Positions 11,471 through 25,000 of a stretch of DNA of 64,000 nt are shown one piece after another. Under the pieces are notes generated by a model. The model had not been told where the DNA came from. It saw only the letters and a list, made by a program, of their open reading frames with translations, and searched no databases. Each line of letters starts with the position of its first letter. The first letter of the stretch is position 1. The DNA is taken from the NCBI RefSeq assembly GCF_001194135.2, contig NC_068984.1:41118982-41182981 (forward strand), written 5' to 3'. Both the position numbers and the translations under genes were made by a program. The stretch is from Octopus bimaculoides (lineage: Eukaryota).

Positions 11471-13899
11471 AGGTGGTTCAGATGTTGAGTTTCACCAAGG
11501 GACTGAGATCTCTGGCGATATTCTCTACTTGAGAAGACAAGTCCAGTTAAGTAAAATCGTGGTTATCCACGCATACAGGCATGTCCTTTATAACCATGCC
11601 CCATTTCACACACATAATTTGTCCTCAGTCAAACCACCCATACAACTCTTCTTTCCAACACCCCACTACCCATGATAACCACCCACTGCAGGCCCCTCCA
11701 CTCTCCCACATGTGCCTATCTGCACACTCCATGCTCTAACATATTTACCATACCTCTCATCCCATTCACTCTCATCATCTTGCTAGTTTCGTCTTCCTCA
11801 TCTCCCTCTACCCCCTTTGTACCACTTATACCACCCATCCCCACTGTCTTTCTAACTCTTCTCCTCTTCCTTGTCCTACTGGGGTAACCAAATATCTCTA
11901 TAGTAAGACAACTATCACTGTCCCTCTATTATACTCTAACCTCTCACCTTGCTCACAGCCACCTCCTTCAATTCCACTCCCTCTCTCAGTTGAGAGGTCT
12001 TTGTCTTGCAAGCCACTTGGTGACTCCCACTTGTACCATGTAAAAAGCACCCAATACATTCTGTAAAGTGGGTGGCGTTAGGAAGGGACTCTAGGTGTAG
12101 CTCTGGCTTGCCAACTCCTATTGAACCAGCATAGAAAGTAGTGTTAAATGAGGATGACGATTTTTTAAAAACTATTGCAGCGCTCATTGCCTATTCACAG
12201 AATCTTATATATATTTCAATTCATAATATGTCTCACAGTTATGGTTAAGCTATCATTCACTGATAGATCTGTTAAGACTATATCAAGTCCAGAGTTGTCA
12301 TTGAAAAATTGAAAGCCTTAGATCAGTCACAATTCCCACTGTAGTCTTTTCAATTTAAATTTCTAGATTGTCTCCCCTGGATTTCTTGCCAACAAATTAT
12401 ATATGTGTGTGTGCGTATTTGTTTGTACCAGTGTCTTGTCATTATGTGATGGTTGGAGACAAGCATCACTGTCATACATGCAGTGTTGTTCGCTTCCAGT
12501 CTTCTGTGGAAACCGTATCTGGCTATAGAAATATCATCTTGTTAAGGAAAAGGTGAGGGTTGATGATAGGAAGGGCATCTAGTCACAGAAAATTTACCTC
12601 ACCAATTTTTATCTGACCCATACAAACATGAAAAGCAGACATTACATGATGATAATAATAGTATGAAGTTGAATTTGTTGTTTCTGGCAACATCCTAAAC
12701 CAACCAAATTCTTGCCAACAGAGATCACTTCCTCTTTCCAAAAATAAAATTTAATTCAATAGATAGAAAATCCAATTATTAAACTTGATATGATCATTTT
12801 AATCTATGGCTTAAGAGAGCACTGAATCTGCTCATGTCCAATACTCACAATCTTCATTATTCTTTACTGCTAAGCATCACTCCTTCTCTTCCATCTGAAT
12901 CTTCATTGATATCTACCATTGCTACTTACTATAGTCAATCTTTCTCTTGGTATTCATTATTCACTCTCTCTTACCATCACCCATCTTTATAACTACCCTA
13001 TAACATTATCCATACAGTTTCTTATTTAATGTGTAGTTATCAATCTCTCACTCACTTTCTTTCACTCTCTCTCTCTTTCTCATTGCTCCCATTCCTATCA
13101 AACTCACATTTGCACTCTCTCTTCTATTCATTCCACTCAGTCATGTTTGATTTGAAAGAAATGGACAACAGAGTAGAGAGGGATATCTAGTCTTGCAAGG
13201 GACAAAGCCACCTCTCTAGTGTTAATACCATGATAAAAGACATCTAGTACATACTGTAAAGTGATTGGCAAACAGAAGCAAAATAGAGTAGGTAGGACCC
13301 ATTTTAGTCTTGCTGAAGACCTGATAATCTCTCTAGTACTGTCATCATGATGAAAGACACCCAGGGCACTCTATAATAATTGTTGTTAGGAAGAGCAGCC
13401 AGTCAATTGAAACTATACAAAAAAATGGAATCTATGAGTAAGATGCAATTCTTTGACCCATCTGGGAGAGTAACTATGATCTTACTCAGTTTGTGATGAC
13501 ACATACAACCCTTGTGAGCATAAAAAGCAGATATAAAACAATGATATCTATGTACACTCACACACACAATACTAAATTTTTCTTAGAGTAAAAAAGAAAT
13601 CAAACTAATATCTTTGAATTTTGCTTTAAAAATATTACAACCAAGACACCTTTTCATTTTTAAAAAGTTTCTGAACCTGTATATGATACAAGTACTCTGT
13701 ATTGTGGTGCAGCCCATGTTGATTCTTGATTTGGTAAACCTTCGCTTATTAATACTAAAACCACATGCCTACTGTCTTCTCATTTTATGTGAGATTACAA
13801 AAGATATTTATCTCATGAGAATAAATCATATACAAAAGTATAAATAGATAACAAAAGATAATCCTGTTAAAATAAAAATAATTAAAAAAAGTAATTCAC

Positions 13900-14100
13900 C
13901 TTCTGATGATGACATAATGAGGGTTTCCATTTCATCAAGGACATCCTCAAGATCTTCAAGTTCTTGCATTACTTGTTCAATGTCCATAATCTGTTCAAAA
14001 CGCTGAGCTGTCTGCTGACTTTTAGAAAGGTAAGTATCACGGAAACTTGGATTTTTTTCAGCAAGTTTAAGCATCGTTCCCAGTCGGGCTCCATAGTTTT
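13900..14100 (-). CDS. GDAP1: GDAP1 exon 4
   Basis: ttgcag acceptor and gtgaat donor; 201 bp, phase 1-1; ENYGARLGTMLKLAEKNPSFRDTYLSK...ELEDLEDVLDEME (long alpha5 helix). Confidence 0.88.
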
Positions 14101-14351
14101 CTGCAATAAACATAGGAATAAGAAATCTCTAAGAAAATGAAGCAGACACAATCAACCTAATTTTTAAAGCATCATAAGTGTATGTATGTGCATACATGTA
14201 TATACAGACCACTGTGAACTACTGTACACTATGCACTTAAATCACCTTATGGGATTTATTGCTATTGCAGCAGGGGACACTTGATCGTTTAAGTAATGTT
14301 TTCTTTTTGAAAAACTTAATGATAAACTAAATTTATAAAAGGTTTCTTTAA

Positions 14352-14571
14352 CCCTTTAGCATTCAGATTACTTTGTCAAATGTAATGCCTATTTATTCAC
14401 ATTTTCTAAAATTCATCATGTATTACTTTCTAGCTTTAAGATTTCAAAACTATGATTGTCTATTTTTAGAATGACATTACGGGCTAGGTGCGAGAAGCAA
14501 GATCTGGCCAGTTTGAACATAAAATGGATGGCATATTTAGGGTAGATATGGCCAGTTTAGATGTGAAAGGG
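14352..14571 (-). mobile_element. piggyBac-type MITE
   Basis: TTAA-CCCTTT...AAAGGG-TTAA; reverse orientation of the 7204 copy. Confidence 0.75.
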
Positions 14572-14915
14572 TTAATTATCAGAAATAATGATTTAAGTGA
14601 ATTCATAAAATTTATAAATGTTAAGAGTAGTTTGATATTGGAAGTCAAATATTTTATTTTCACTGCAGTGTATTTTTCACTTCAAAAACCTTAGACAATT
14701 CAAAAGTATATCATTGTAAAATAGTAACAAAAAGACATACGAGAGCGAAATTATTATCTGTCACAGGTTGGCAGTTGTTATATGACAATATTTATTTACG
14801 TCCCTTTAGATACTTTGCTCTTTCAGAATCAATAAAACGAGTTTTATCTAAATTATTGTTCACTCTACCAATTAAATTATGGTACCTTGTACCTATTATG
14901 TGAGAAATCATTAAA

Positions 14916-14917
<2 letters not shown>

Positions 14918-14956
<39 letters not shown>
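14918..14956. repeat. (ATT)n microsatellite
   Basis: 13 perfect units. Confidence 0.95.
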
Positions 14957-14958
<2 letters not shown>

Positions 14959-15214
14959 GTAAGGGCAGTGGATTGGCAGACTTGTTGCAGCATTTTCTAC
15001 ATTCCTCATCATGACCATTCTGCAGAAACTAATAAATAACATCAAAAATGCAAAGGAAACATTTTCCCAAAAACTGAATGATGTTAATGGAAGAAGATAT
15101 TAAGACCAAGTTTTAAATAGAATATATCCAAATAAATCAGTATATATTAAGAATGTATCATATGTAAAACATATGCAGAAATTCGTTTTTTTTTTTTTTA
15201 ATTTCTGACAAATA

Positions 15215-15981
15215 TTGGGTCATCCCATAAATAATGTAGGTTTTTCAAATGCATGAATTAAAAGTCAGAGGGGGACAGGATAAACTACCTGCATCAACTT
15301 GCTATAAAAGCAAGTAATAATTTTACCTTGTACTTATTCTTAGTGTAAGCTTTGAAGAGTGCAGTTCGATTTTAACAGTTATTTTTTCAAAGCTATAATG
15401 GAAGATAGTTCATGATAGAGTCATACCCAATGACTGGTGTAGCAGCACCATAGTCAACTGCTACAAAGGTAAAGGTGATGCTTTAGATAGAAATAACTAC
15501 AGGGGTATCAAACTGCTGGATCAGGTGATGAAGGTCAAGGAGAGGGCCATAACCCAACTAATTAGGGAGAGAGTCTGCTTAGATGAGATGCAGTTCGGTT
15601 TTGTGCCAGGTAGAAGCACCACTGATGCTATATTCCTGGTACAGCAACTGCAGGAGAAATACCTAGCCAAACATAAACCCCTATATTTGGCTTTTGTGGA
15701 CTTGGAGAAAGCCTTTGACTATCATTTATTTTGCAGTTTTCAAAATCATTTGGATGTCAAAAATATGAATTCTGTAGACGAGGTCAGAACAGTACTGGAG
15801 GAGTATTTTATGTCATGGACAAGTGAATTTTGGAAGAGGGACCTTGCAAGTCTACCTACCAGATAGATAGAAGGGCATTGTAGAAAATGAAGGAGAGTAT
15901 AATTTAAATAACAAAAGACTATCTTAATTTTGAAAACTAAATAAAGTATAAAAAAACCACATTATTTATGGGATGTCCTAA
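15215..15981 (+). mobile_element. Mariner shell (TIRs, TA TSD) carrying an internal RTE reverse-transcriptase segment
   Basis: TA-TTGGGTCATCCCATAAATAATG...CATTATTTATGGGATGTCCTAA-TA. About 15405-15719 encodes RTE RT (NYRGIKLL, QFGFVPGRSTTDAIF, AFVDLEKAFD); 15717 onward encodes the mariner C-terminus (DYHLFCSFQNHL). Confidence 0.88.
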
Positions 15982-16131
15982 TATATTTTGCATATTATAT
16001 AACTACAAGCACATTTTTTTTTGGGGGGGGGGTGGAATTAATGTTTTAAACACCTAGTAATCCCAACAACTTATTAAGCTAGTCATCTGGGATTTATTAT
16101 GTGTATGTTAATGTATGATGAAATAACTTAC

Positions 16132-16302
16132 CTTTCATTGTTTTCTGTACATAAAACGGTAATTTACAACCAGTTATAGAAAGCTCTTCATGCATAATAA
16201 TTCCATATGTAATAATTTCTACTTTGACACAATTTAAGAGTTTTCTTATCCGTGATACTTCTTGACCAACTTCAAAAGACTCATCAGGAACAAGAGTAAC
16301 AA
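16132..16302 (-). CDS. GDAP1: GDAP1 exon 3
   Basis: tgctag acceptor and gtaagt donor; 171 bp, phase 1-1; LVPDES...IRKLLNCVKVEIITYGIIMHEELS resembles GDAP1 LMPD...YRELLDSLPMDAYTHGCILHPEL. Confidence 0.88.
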
Positions 16303-16754
16303 CTAGCAAGACAACAAAAAAAAAATATTAAAGAATAGTTCATAACAAATGCATATCAACATTCTAGGGTTTATATTCAGGGCTCTATAATTTTTAATAT
16401 TTTCATTTTTAGATTAATGAAAATTTCTCAGAGCTAGTTAAGGTCATGCTACCTCAACTCAAGTCCCATTGATCCCTATTCTTCCTTCCTAGCATATTGG
16501 CCCTCTGGAATTTCCTCCCTGTTCATATCTTTCCCCACAGATGTTGTCTTACAAAGTTCAAAGAGGAAGATTAATGTTATTGATCTCACCAGTCAAAGGT
16601 CTGCAAAGGCTTCTGAGCATTGCTCCTTTTGCCCAGACCCAACAAGGAAAGATAAGTATATAAATATGTTAATCAATTTTCCAGCAGTTTAATTTATTGA
16701 AAGTTATCACTTGAGTTCTATATGCAGATATGAATAACAATCTTATTTTGTCTC

Positions 16755-16757
<3 letters not shown>

Positions 16758-16832
<75 letters not shown>
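16758..16832. repeat. (CT)n microsatellite
   Basis: Perfect dinucleotide run. Confidence 0.95.
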
Positions 16833-16834
<2 letters not shown>

Positions 16835-16975
16835 GTCACATATAAATTAACTACTTGCTGATTGATGAGTGATAGGACAATTTTGAAGTGCTCAACTGGC
16901 AACAAGAGTTGCTAACCCATTATTTAACATTATGGGTCAAACACAGACTACCTATGTATCAATAGATTTAAAGAT

Positions 16976-17382
16976 GTGACAATGCAGTTAAAAAGTCTGC
17001 TTCTTAACCACATGGTCCCAGGTGTCTTCTACTGTAGTCCCAGGGCAAATCAAGCCTTGTGAGTAGGTTTGGTAGACGGTAACTGTGTAGAAGCCTGTCA
17101 TATTCTTATATATACATATAGACATGTGTGTGTGACTTTATGTCACATTGCCTTATACTGCATGATATTTGTGAAACAAGTGTGACTGTCGTACAGGCAA
17201 TGACATTCATTGCCAATATTCTGCAAAACCATGTCTAGCCAAGGAGAAATATTACCTTGCTCGGAAACAGGTAAGGGTTGCCAACAGATAGGGAATCTGA
17301 CAGTAGAAAACCTGCCTCAACAAATTCCATCCAACTCATGCAAGCACAGAACAAGTTAATGCTAAAACGCTGATGATGATGA
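16976..17382 (+). mobile_element. Decayed SINE-like element with (GAT)n tail
   Basis: Eroded tRNA-like head, internal TA/TG run, simple-repeat tail; related pieces recur in the window. Confidence 0.5.
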
Positions 17383-18116
17383 GTTCTGACTACAAGCTTA
17401 CAAGTTCAAAACATAAACTAATGATGCCAACATTTTTACTGCTAATTAGTCAGTGTGAAGTGATAATATCAAGTAACGGAGTGAAAAGATTAACATTGTG
17501 GTTAGAGCAAAATTTGAACTCATTATTAGCTTATCCAATTCAAAACAATGAATTTAACATTTCAATAATCCTTACTAATTTTGGTACAAGGCCAGCAACT
17601 CTGAGAGGAGAGGAGGAAGTCAATCACATAGACTCCAGTGCTCAACAGGACCTTATTTTACTAATCCCCAAGAATATGAAAGGCAAAGTCAACCTCAGCA
17701 ATGTTTGAACTCAGAATATACTGAGTCAAAAGAAATCCATTTTTTCCAATGTGCTAATAGTTCTGCCAGTAGTCTTCATTTCAATAATAATAAAAACATT
17801 ATTTCACAAGATTGGTTTTGTTGACCTCCAATAGAGTTCAATGTACCCTTGGCCCTCAGGAATTGTTCTGACTCAGATCAATCCTGATCAAATGCATCTC
17901 TGATTAAAGTAAGTCCAGTTCTGATTTTCCCATCTTTTTATATATCCAGGACTACATTGCTCAATGTATCATTCTGTTTATAACAAAGAGTGTGACTGGA
18001 AGGGATTTAGCTGCTATTTCTAGCAGTTTACTTAATCGTCTCTCTTTTGTGGCTGACACTAGTTTGAAGACTAACTTTTCAGCTGTCATCTGGACCTTGT
18101 AAGGCATTTGCTTGGT

Positions 18117-18334
18117 CCTTTAGCATTTAAACCAGCCATATCCAGTCCAAATATTCTACTTGTTTTATGTTCAAATCCACCAGATCTGGCCTTTCACACC
18201 TACCCTACAATGCCATTCTAAAACTAAACAGTGACATCATTAAAATCTCCAAGCTATGAGATAATGCGTAATTAATTCAAAATAATGTGAATAAATATGC
18301 ATTGCATTTGACAGAGTAATCTGAACACTAAAGA
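18117..18334 (+). mobile_element. piggyBac-type MITE, eroded ends
   Basis: Shares CCTTTAGCATTTAAAC...CACACCTACCCTACA...GAGTAATCTGAA with the 7204 copy. Confidence 0.6.
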
Positions 18335-18855
18335 TTTACAATATTTAAGTAATGTTAATACTTTAGTGAAAGTTGACTGGCAGAATTGTTAGTGCCAGAA
18401 AAAATTCCTTGTGGTATTTGTTTAAACCTTTTACACTCTGAGTTCAAATCCTGCTGAAGTTAACTTTGTCTTTCATCCTTTTGGTGGAGTCAATAAAATA
18501 AAGTACCAGTCCAACTAATCAGTAAGAACATGTAATGAGCTAGCATGACACAGTAAAGCACAAATTTCTGTTCAACCATGGGGCTATGAAGACAAGTGAT
18601 ATAATATGCTCATTGAAGTTCATCACAGTAAGCTCAATATTATCTATCTGAAACACAATATATTACTAGCAATGCATAAACACACCCACACACATACCTT
18701 TCCATTCACTCACACAGTCTTTCTGTAAAAGCAAAATCCATTAAAAGGGATAACAGAAAAGAAAAACGAGAAGTATTATAATCACTTAGCTACATTTGTA
18801 TACCGAGATACAAGTAAATGTGTCACCCAAAATATAAAAAAAGGGACTTTCTCAC

Positions 18856-19048
18856 CTGATTGAACAGTCGATTCTAAGTAATCAATAATATTGTCTGATT
18901 CAACAATAACTTTGTCTCCATCTTTCAAGGCGGGTATTTTTCCTTTAGGATTGATTTCCAAAAACCAGGGCTCATTTTGTTGACCAGCAAGTAAGTTTAC
19001 ATAATGTCTCTTGAAAGGAATTTCTTTCTCATACAGAGCTAAAACAAC
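18856..19048 (-). CDS. GDAP1: GDAP1 exon 2 (GST-N)
   Basis: tcacag acceptor and gtgaga donor; 193 bp, the same size as human exon 2; QNEPWFLEINPKGKIPALKDGDKVIVESDNIIDYLE. Confidence 0.95.
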
Positions 19049-22000
19049 CTGTGAGATAAATATCAAATAACTGATAATTTTCTCAGTCTAATAATAGTCA
19101 TGGAAAATGTAAGGCATTTAAAAATTTAGCTATTCTCACATCTATTTCATGAACATTTTAACCTTAAATCAGTTTTTAAATAGTCATCCTGGTTAGTCAG
19201 CTTCATTAACATCAGTTGTACATAAGATAATCATCTCTCAGACTATTAATCTATGTTTTGAGATGAGATGTATTTTGGTTGGTTTGGTATCTTATTGTCA
19301 TTAGGAATCTAATTCACAGATGTGTATCTGTAACAACTTTATTTCAGCTTGCAGCTTCTCAGTTTAATGGTTTTACAAGAATCCCTTTCCCCAATATCAC
19401 AAATTCTAATGATTAGGCTATAGTCAAACTGGAAGAATCAACCAAACCATAAAAAGTAATGTGATAAATGGTTTTACTCCAGCTTCCCATAGGATACACA
19501 CAAAACTTAGGGTCACCAGTTGCCGCTGGATTCTGAAAGAAATGCAAAATGGATTTTCAGTGAGCCATTTGACAAGAATTAGGAGTATTTCTATTTCTCC
19601 ATACACTATTGCTAGAGAATCACTGGCCCTATGCTGAAGTCAACAGTCCTTTTGTATGTCTTGTTTTGGCTAGCTGAGTCTCTAGCAATCCTCCTCAACA
19701 AAGTAGCCTGGTGAGGATGCTGATTTAGTTATCAATGACCAGATCATGTAACATGTACTGGATTCCAGGTTACCAGTAGTAGTCAATGTAACATGACAAA
19801 TCTGGATGTTTACATAGGACCAGACTAGATTCAAAATAGCAACTTTTATTTCTAAACTCAATGTAATAACAATCTTATTCACTAGACCATCAAATGAACT
19901 GAAACGGTTTCAAAATAAATATTAAACAATCCTACATCTATAAAGATGATGTTAATAGTCAGAAAAATCCTATCTTGTTAACAACACATCTCAGATATTT
20001 GACATTTACTGTGTTTTGTTTTGTTTTGTTTTCATAATCAAACAAAATTTTAAATGTGTATCAATAATTTTAAATAATTGTATATTACTGAGAGTATAGA
20101 TTACAGGTTTTAAGTATGACTTTAACAGATTTATTGAAAAAAATGTCCAAAGCTGAACTATTAAGTACACTCTGCAAGTCTTCTTAACAGAAACTGTTAT
20201 AGCATTCATCCTCAACCTTTTCACTCTTGTGGTTCTCTGTTTCCACCTTATGGCTACAAAAGTAACTAAGTTCAAAACTTTATGCAGTTGTTATAACTGA
20301 ATTTTATAACTGTTCACTAAGATTACCCAAAACAGTCCTCTATGAAACTGTTTAACTTTGAACTGATTGTTATTTTAAACAGTCCCAACCACATGCAAGC
20401 AAACAAAAGATAAGTGGCAACATTGGAATAACAACGAAATCACAAACCAGACACAATCTGCAGATGTGTATGAGATATTTTTACATATCATAAATATCAT
20501 ATTACTTCAAATCTGGAAGATTAATCATGTTATTATATGTTGTAAATCTGCAGTCCTTAAACAATGATATTACACTAGTCTTTTAAGTTGTGAGGATTAG
20601 TATGTCATAAACATGTTGGAAATATGGGAGATGTTGAAGATTGAATGTAACTTTAGAGAAATTAACGATGTTGAACTGTTAGAAACATTAATACAGGGCA
20701 TTACAAAATCAAGTGGAAATTCAACATAAGGTGGAGAAGGTAGTAATATCAGCCAATTAATAACATTTATGATTACAAGTGCTTAATGAAGGATATTTTG
20801 AAGGGAGCTATTTGTTTAAAAATGATGTTTTATTATTTTTTTATACATATTTGAGTTTAGTGAGGTCAACTTTACTTTTCATCCTTTTGAGATGTCAATA
20901 AAAGAATGAAGTACCAATCCAGGATGGTAGAGTGACAGAACTGTAAGAATGTTGAATCAGATGCTTAGTATTCTACCTATTCCTGCCTACTTGGATAGTA
21001 AGACTTAATCCTTCACTTCGCACCTTGGGTGCCTTTAGCAGAGTTCACTTTTCTAAGTGCATTCAGACCAGGTCTTCAGTTCATGCATACCTTTCTCCCT
21101 CTCAACTATCCCAAAAGCTCTGTAAGGGAAAATGGGAAGACTGGTTTCCTGGATTCTGCAGTGGTCATGCCAACCCCTGAATGGGATGCCAGTCTGTTGC
21201 AGGATTAATCATTTTTGCCAGCTTAGCAGACGAGAGCAATGTGAAATGGAGTTACTCAAGAACACAATGCATTGCCCAGTCCAGGAATTGAAACCACAAT
21301 CTTATGATCATGAGTACAACACTAACCACTAAGTCATGCACCGCCACCTTTTTGACTAAAAGATAAATTCAGGCTAAGTTTTTTTGCCAGAAATAATCAG
21401 ATAACATGCAACTATAGTAAATTTCATTATATTACCCTTGTAATGACTCATTTGTCCAACCTGATAATAAAAAAATGGTTACTGCTACTCTTAATTGTTT
21501 GATAAGTAATTTCTCTGCTTGGAGTAATGTGAATATGACAGATCTATGTTATTCTAATTGAGACAGTGACCTTTTAATGTAAACTTGATTGTTCTAATGA
21601 CTTACTCTGCAACACCATTAGATTTTGGACTGTAAGCAAGACTTCAAATTTTCTCACAGCCAAGTCAGTTAAATCATTCCTACAATTAAATGAATTCCAA
21701 TCTATTGTATGGCACTGCAATCATTTGAATGCTAAATCTAATGCAGATGGACATTTCTTAGCTTCAACTGGAACTTAAGAAGGCTTCAGTTCAAGAAGTA
21801 ATTGAATTGACTATCATTAACATATTCCTAGCATTTTTTTATATTTGTTTTTCAATCCATATGTAAACTTTCAGTAATCTCTACCAAATACAAGCTCCTG
21901 TTTTTTTTCAGCACTTGTTATACACCTGTATGTGTGACATGAAATGTGGAAAGAACTTTAGCTGTAAAGTCATGGAGTTATAATTCCCATTACTCCATGA

Positions 22001-25000
22001 TTGTGAAGTTCCTTTCTAAGTTTCTTTTTATGTGTACATGAACTTGGTGCTCTGAACAAATTTTATTTTTAACTGTACCCAACACTGAATTTTTAGCATC
22101 AAAGGCATTTATCAATGGTAAATACTTAGAAACATGTAACAGGATGTAACTTTCAGAATGTTTGCACCAATTAATTCAAAATTCTAAGGACAATTAACCA
22201 CAAAGAAGTTGAAGTACAGATATGTATGTCAGAATACAGTGGTTTTGGCCAGCAGATGTTAATATGGCTTAATTTACCATTTACTACAAAGCATTTCTTT
22301 CTATATACAAGACAATACAAGAATGTAATAGCCCACAACTGCTGCAATGTTTAACTTAGATCAGTTATTTTTGTTTATTAAACTTTCTATGATGAAAGTC
22401 CTTGCTAATAGAATAAAAAATGTGTTAGAACCTGACTGTACTACAGATCCAAATACAAATGCTTACTAAATGCACCATTACAAGGCAAATTAGGTCTGAG
22501 ACAGAGGAGGTAAAATTCTAAGGCAATATTTTTGCCTGAGTACAACTGATGTCATAAATAAAAACTATATATGAATAAATTTTGCTTCTATATCATCTTT
22601 CAATGCAAAGAATTGATATAAAAATGCATGCACATTGAGCTTTAGCAAGAAATCAGTAGCCAGTCTTCTTTGTTTAGATTTAGATCCAAAAATTGGAACA
22701 TGTCTGAGATGATAAGGCTTCCTTGAGATTTAGCCAATTTTTCAAAGGCCTATTTAAAAATTTTTCAGATAGTCCAAATCTTGATGCAAAGAACTTGGGC
22801 TTATCCACTTCAAGCTTAGTGTTATCTATAAGCAGTTTTGAGTAAACTATATTAGCAATGTCTCTGTTTACTCTGCATTAATTGTTTATTAAACTCCATC
22901 ATAGTGCTATTAAATGATTATGAGGAATGTAAATCTTCATCGTTAATCATAATGCTTATAATAATTTCATTAGTTCAATGCAGTAAGTAAAAAAACAATG
23001 ATTTCTAATTCTTAGTACGATAAAAACTAATATCCATTGTAAAACTTCATACATGACGAGCTTTACAGAGAATCCAGACATATATTGCTTTCAATTGTAT
23101 TCTTTTCCATAGGGATTACTCGAAAACAATTAATTCCATTTAGCTCGACAATTCATTATTTATCTACTTTTCAATCTAAAACGTTGACTGAAAAAATATT
23201 CAGTGCAGTGGGATATAACTGACAGAGCAGTCTACAATTTATTGACATATCTTTTAATCAGGAGGAAAGGTAGCTCCCATTACTCTTTAAAGGACCTTCA
23301 AGACAGGTGGGAGAGAGGGATGCACAAAAGTATCCTTGAACCAAAGAGCTCGCTCAAATGCTTGCGACAGGTAGCAGTGTTATACAAAGACAACAGATTA
23401 AAGCTACCCTGAAGTACGTAATGGAAAGATTTTAACTCAGAATGCAAAAACTGGAACAAATGTCGCGAAGTTCATACTGTCTTGACTCCTAAAAGATGAA
23501 ATGCAAAATTAATTACAGCGTGATTTGAACTCAAAATGCAGAGTCGGGACTAATATGGTAAGATATTCCATCTGACGCCCCCGAATTTACACCAATATTA
23601 AACCAATATACTTAGAATAATATCGTTCGTTTAACGTCCGCTTTCCATGCTAGCATGGGTTGGACGATTTGACTGAGGACTGGTGAAACCGGATGGCAAC
23701 ACCAGGCTCCGAATTTTGTATCATTAATTTCTTAATTCAAATTATTTTCAAATATTGTACTTAGCTATTGTATTTTGATTTACAGCTTCTACGGGATGTA
23801 ATTGCTATACGGGAATTAAATTATCACAAACTGCTGCTAATAGCAGAGAGCAACACATTATTACCCACTACAGTGTTTATTAGTAGTTTTTGTTTCCATC
23901 GACTGCTACTTAATCAGGTCGACATTAACTATAATTAGTTGAGTAGTAAATTAAAGCATACTGCAACTTAAATGTGTATATTAAGTGGTTCAAAATTGTA
24001 GTTTGATAAAAACATCACCACTAACAACATGTATTAGAGATTAACACATTTTCGTTTCCAGGTCGTCCAAGTACGATAACTCTTACAGATTTTATATACA
24101 TATATATACGTATATCACGCCCTTCTGAAAATGTACACAGCAAAAGAGCTCCGCCAAACCGGATACCTGTTAGAAAATTAAATTCTACCCCAGTTTTCGG
24201 TTAAACTTTAAGGAAATACTGTAGATTTAATTTCAGTGAACATAAATGAAAAAGATGTATTGGTAAAGAAAATACTTTCACTTTGATTAATTGATTGACT
24301 GAGATAAATAGATAGATAGATATAGAATACTTGGTGAAATAGCTTGTTTATAATGCAGTAGCAGAACCATGATAGTATTACTGTGAACTGGGTCAACCAA
24401 TATCAGGAAAACCTGATCAAAAGCATTCTTCCAGTAGTGATTAGTCTTCTGTTAGGACAGGAGTTTGAGGAATATTTGGCAGTTATTTCTACCAGGTGTA
24501 ACGACTACGTCGATGCTCCCTCCTCGGCTCAACATACAGATACTAAGAAACTGAAGTAGTATCTTTCATTGTGGTAAATGATTTAATTCGAGTGAAGATT
24601 TCCCGGCTGACTGGCAAAGACTTTTCCATAAGTACACTCCAAACAGTAGTTCACAACCCCCCATTCTCTCTCTGGTGTTATTCCAATAGACTTAGTTCCT
24701 TTGAACTAACCAACTCCATTCAGTCTAAAACCCACTCGATACACACGTCTATCGTCATCCTCATTGGGTTTCATATCCGCATTAAGCATTTTCCCAATTC
24801 TATCCCGGTCCACATTATTGTTCTTTAGCCTTAGGTCTGCACTAATTGAGCAGAGTTAAGATTAACTGATTATCCGTGTTGCATTCCTAAGCATCCTATT
24901 TTTCTCCACCACATACTGTTTCTAGAACTACATGTGTTCTGCTTTAATTTGGTAGGATGTGATTTAAGGAAGCTATGGCTGTCATTTCTAGCAGGTTGAG

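Noticed and set aside
15525-15866. 113-aa RT-transposase fusion as a functional protein
   Set aside because: It is only a fragment of each domain, is out of frame with the mariner ATG (TGA after 5 codons), and lacks catalytic completeness.
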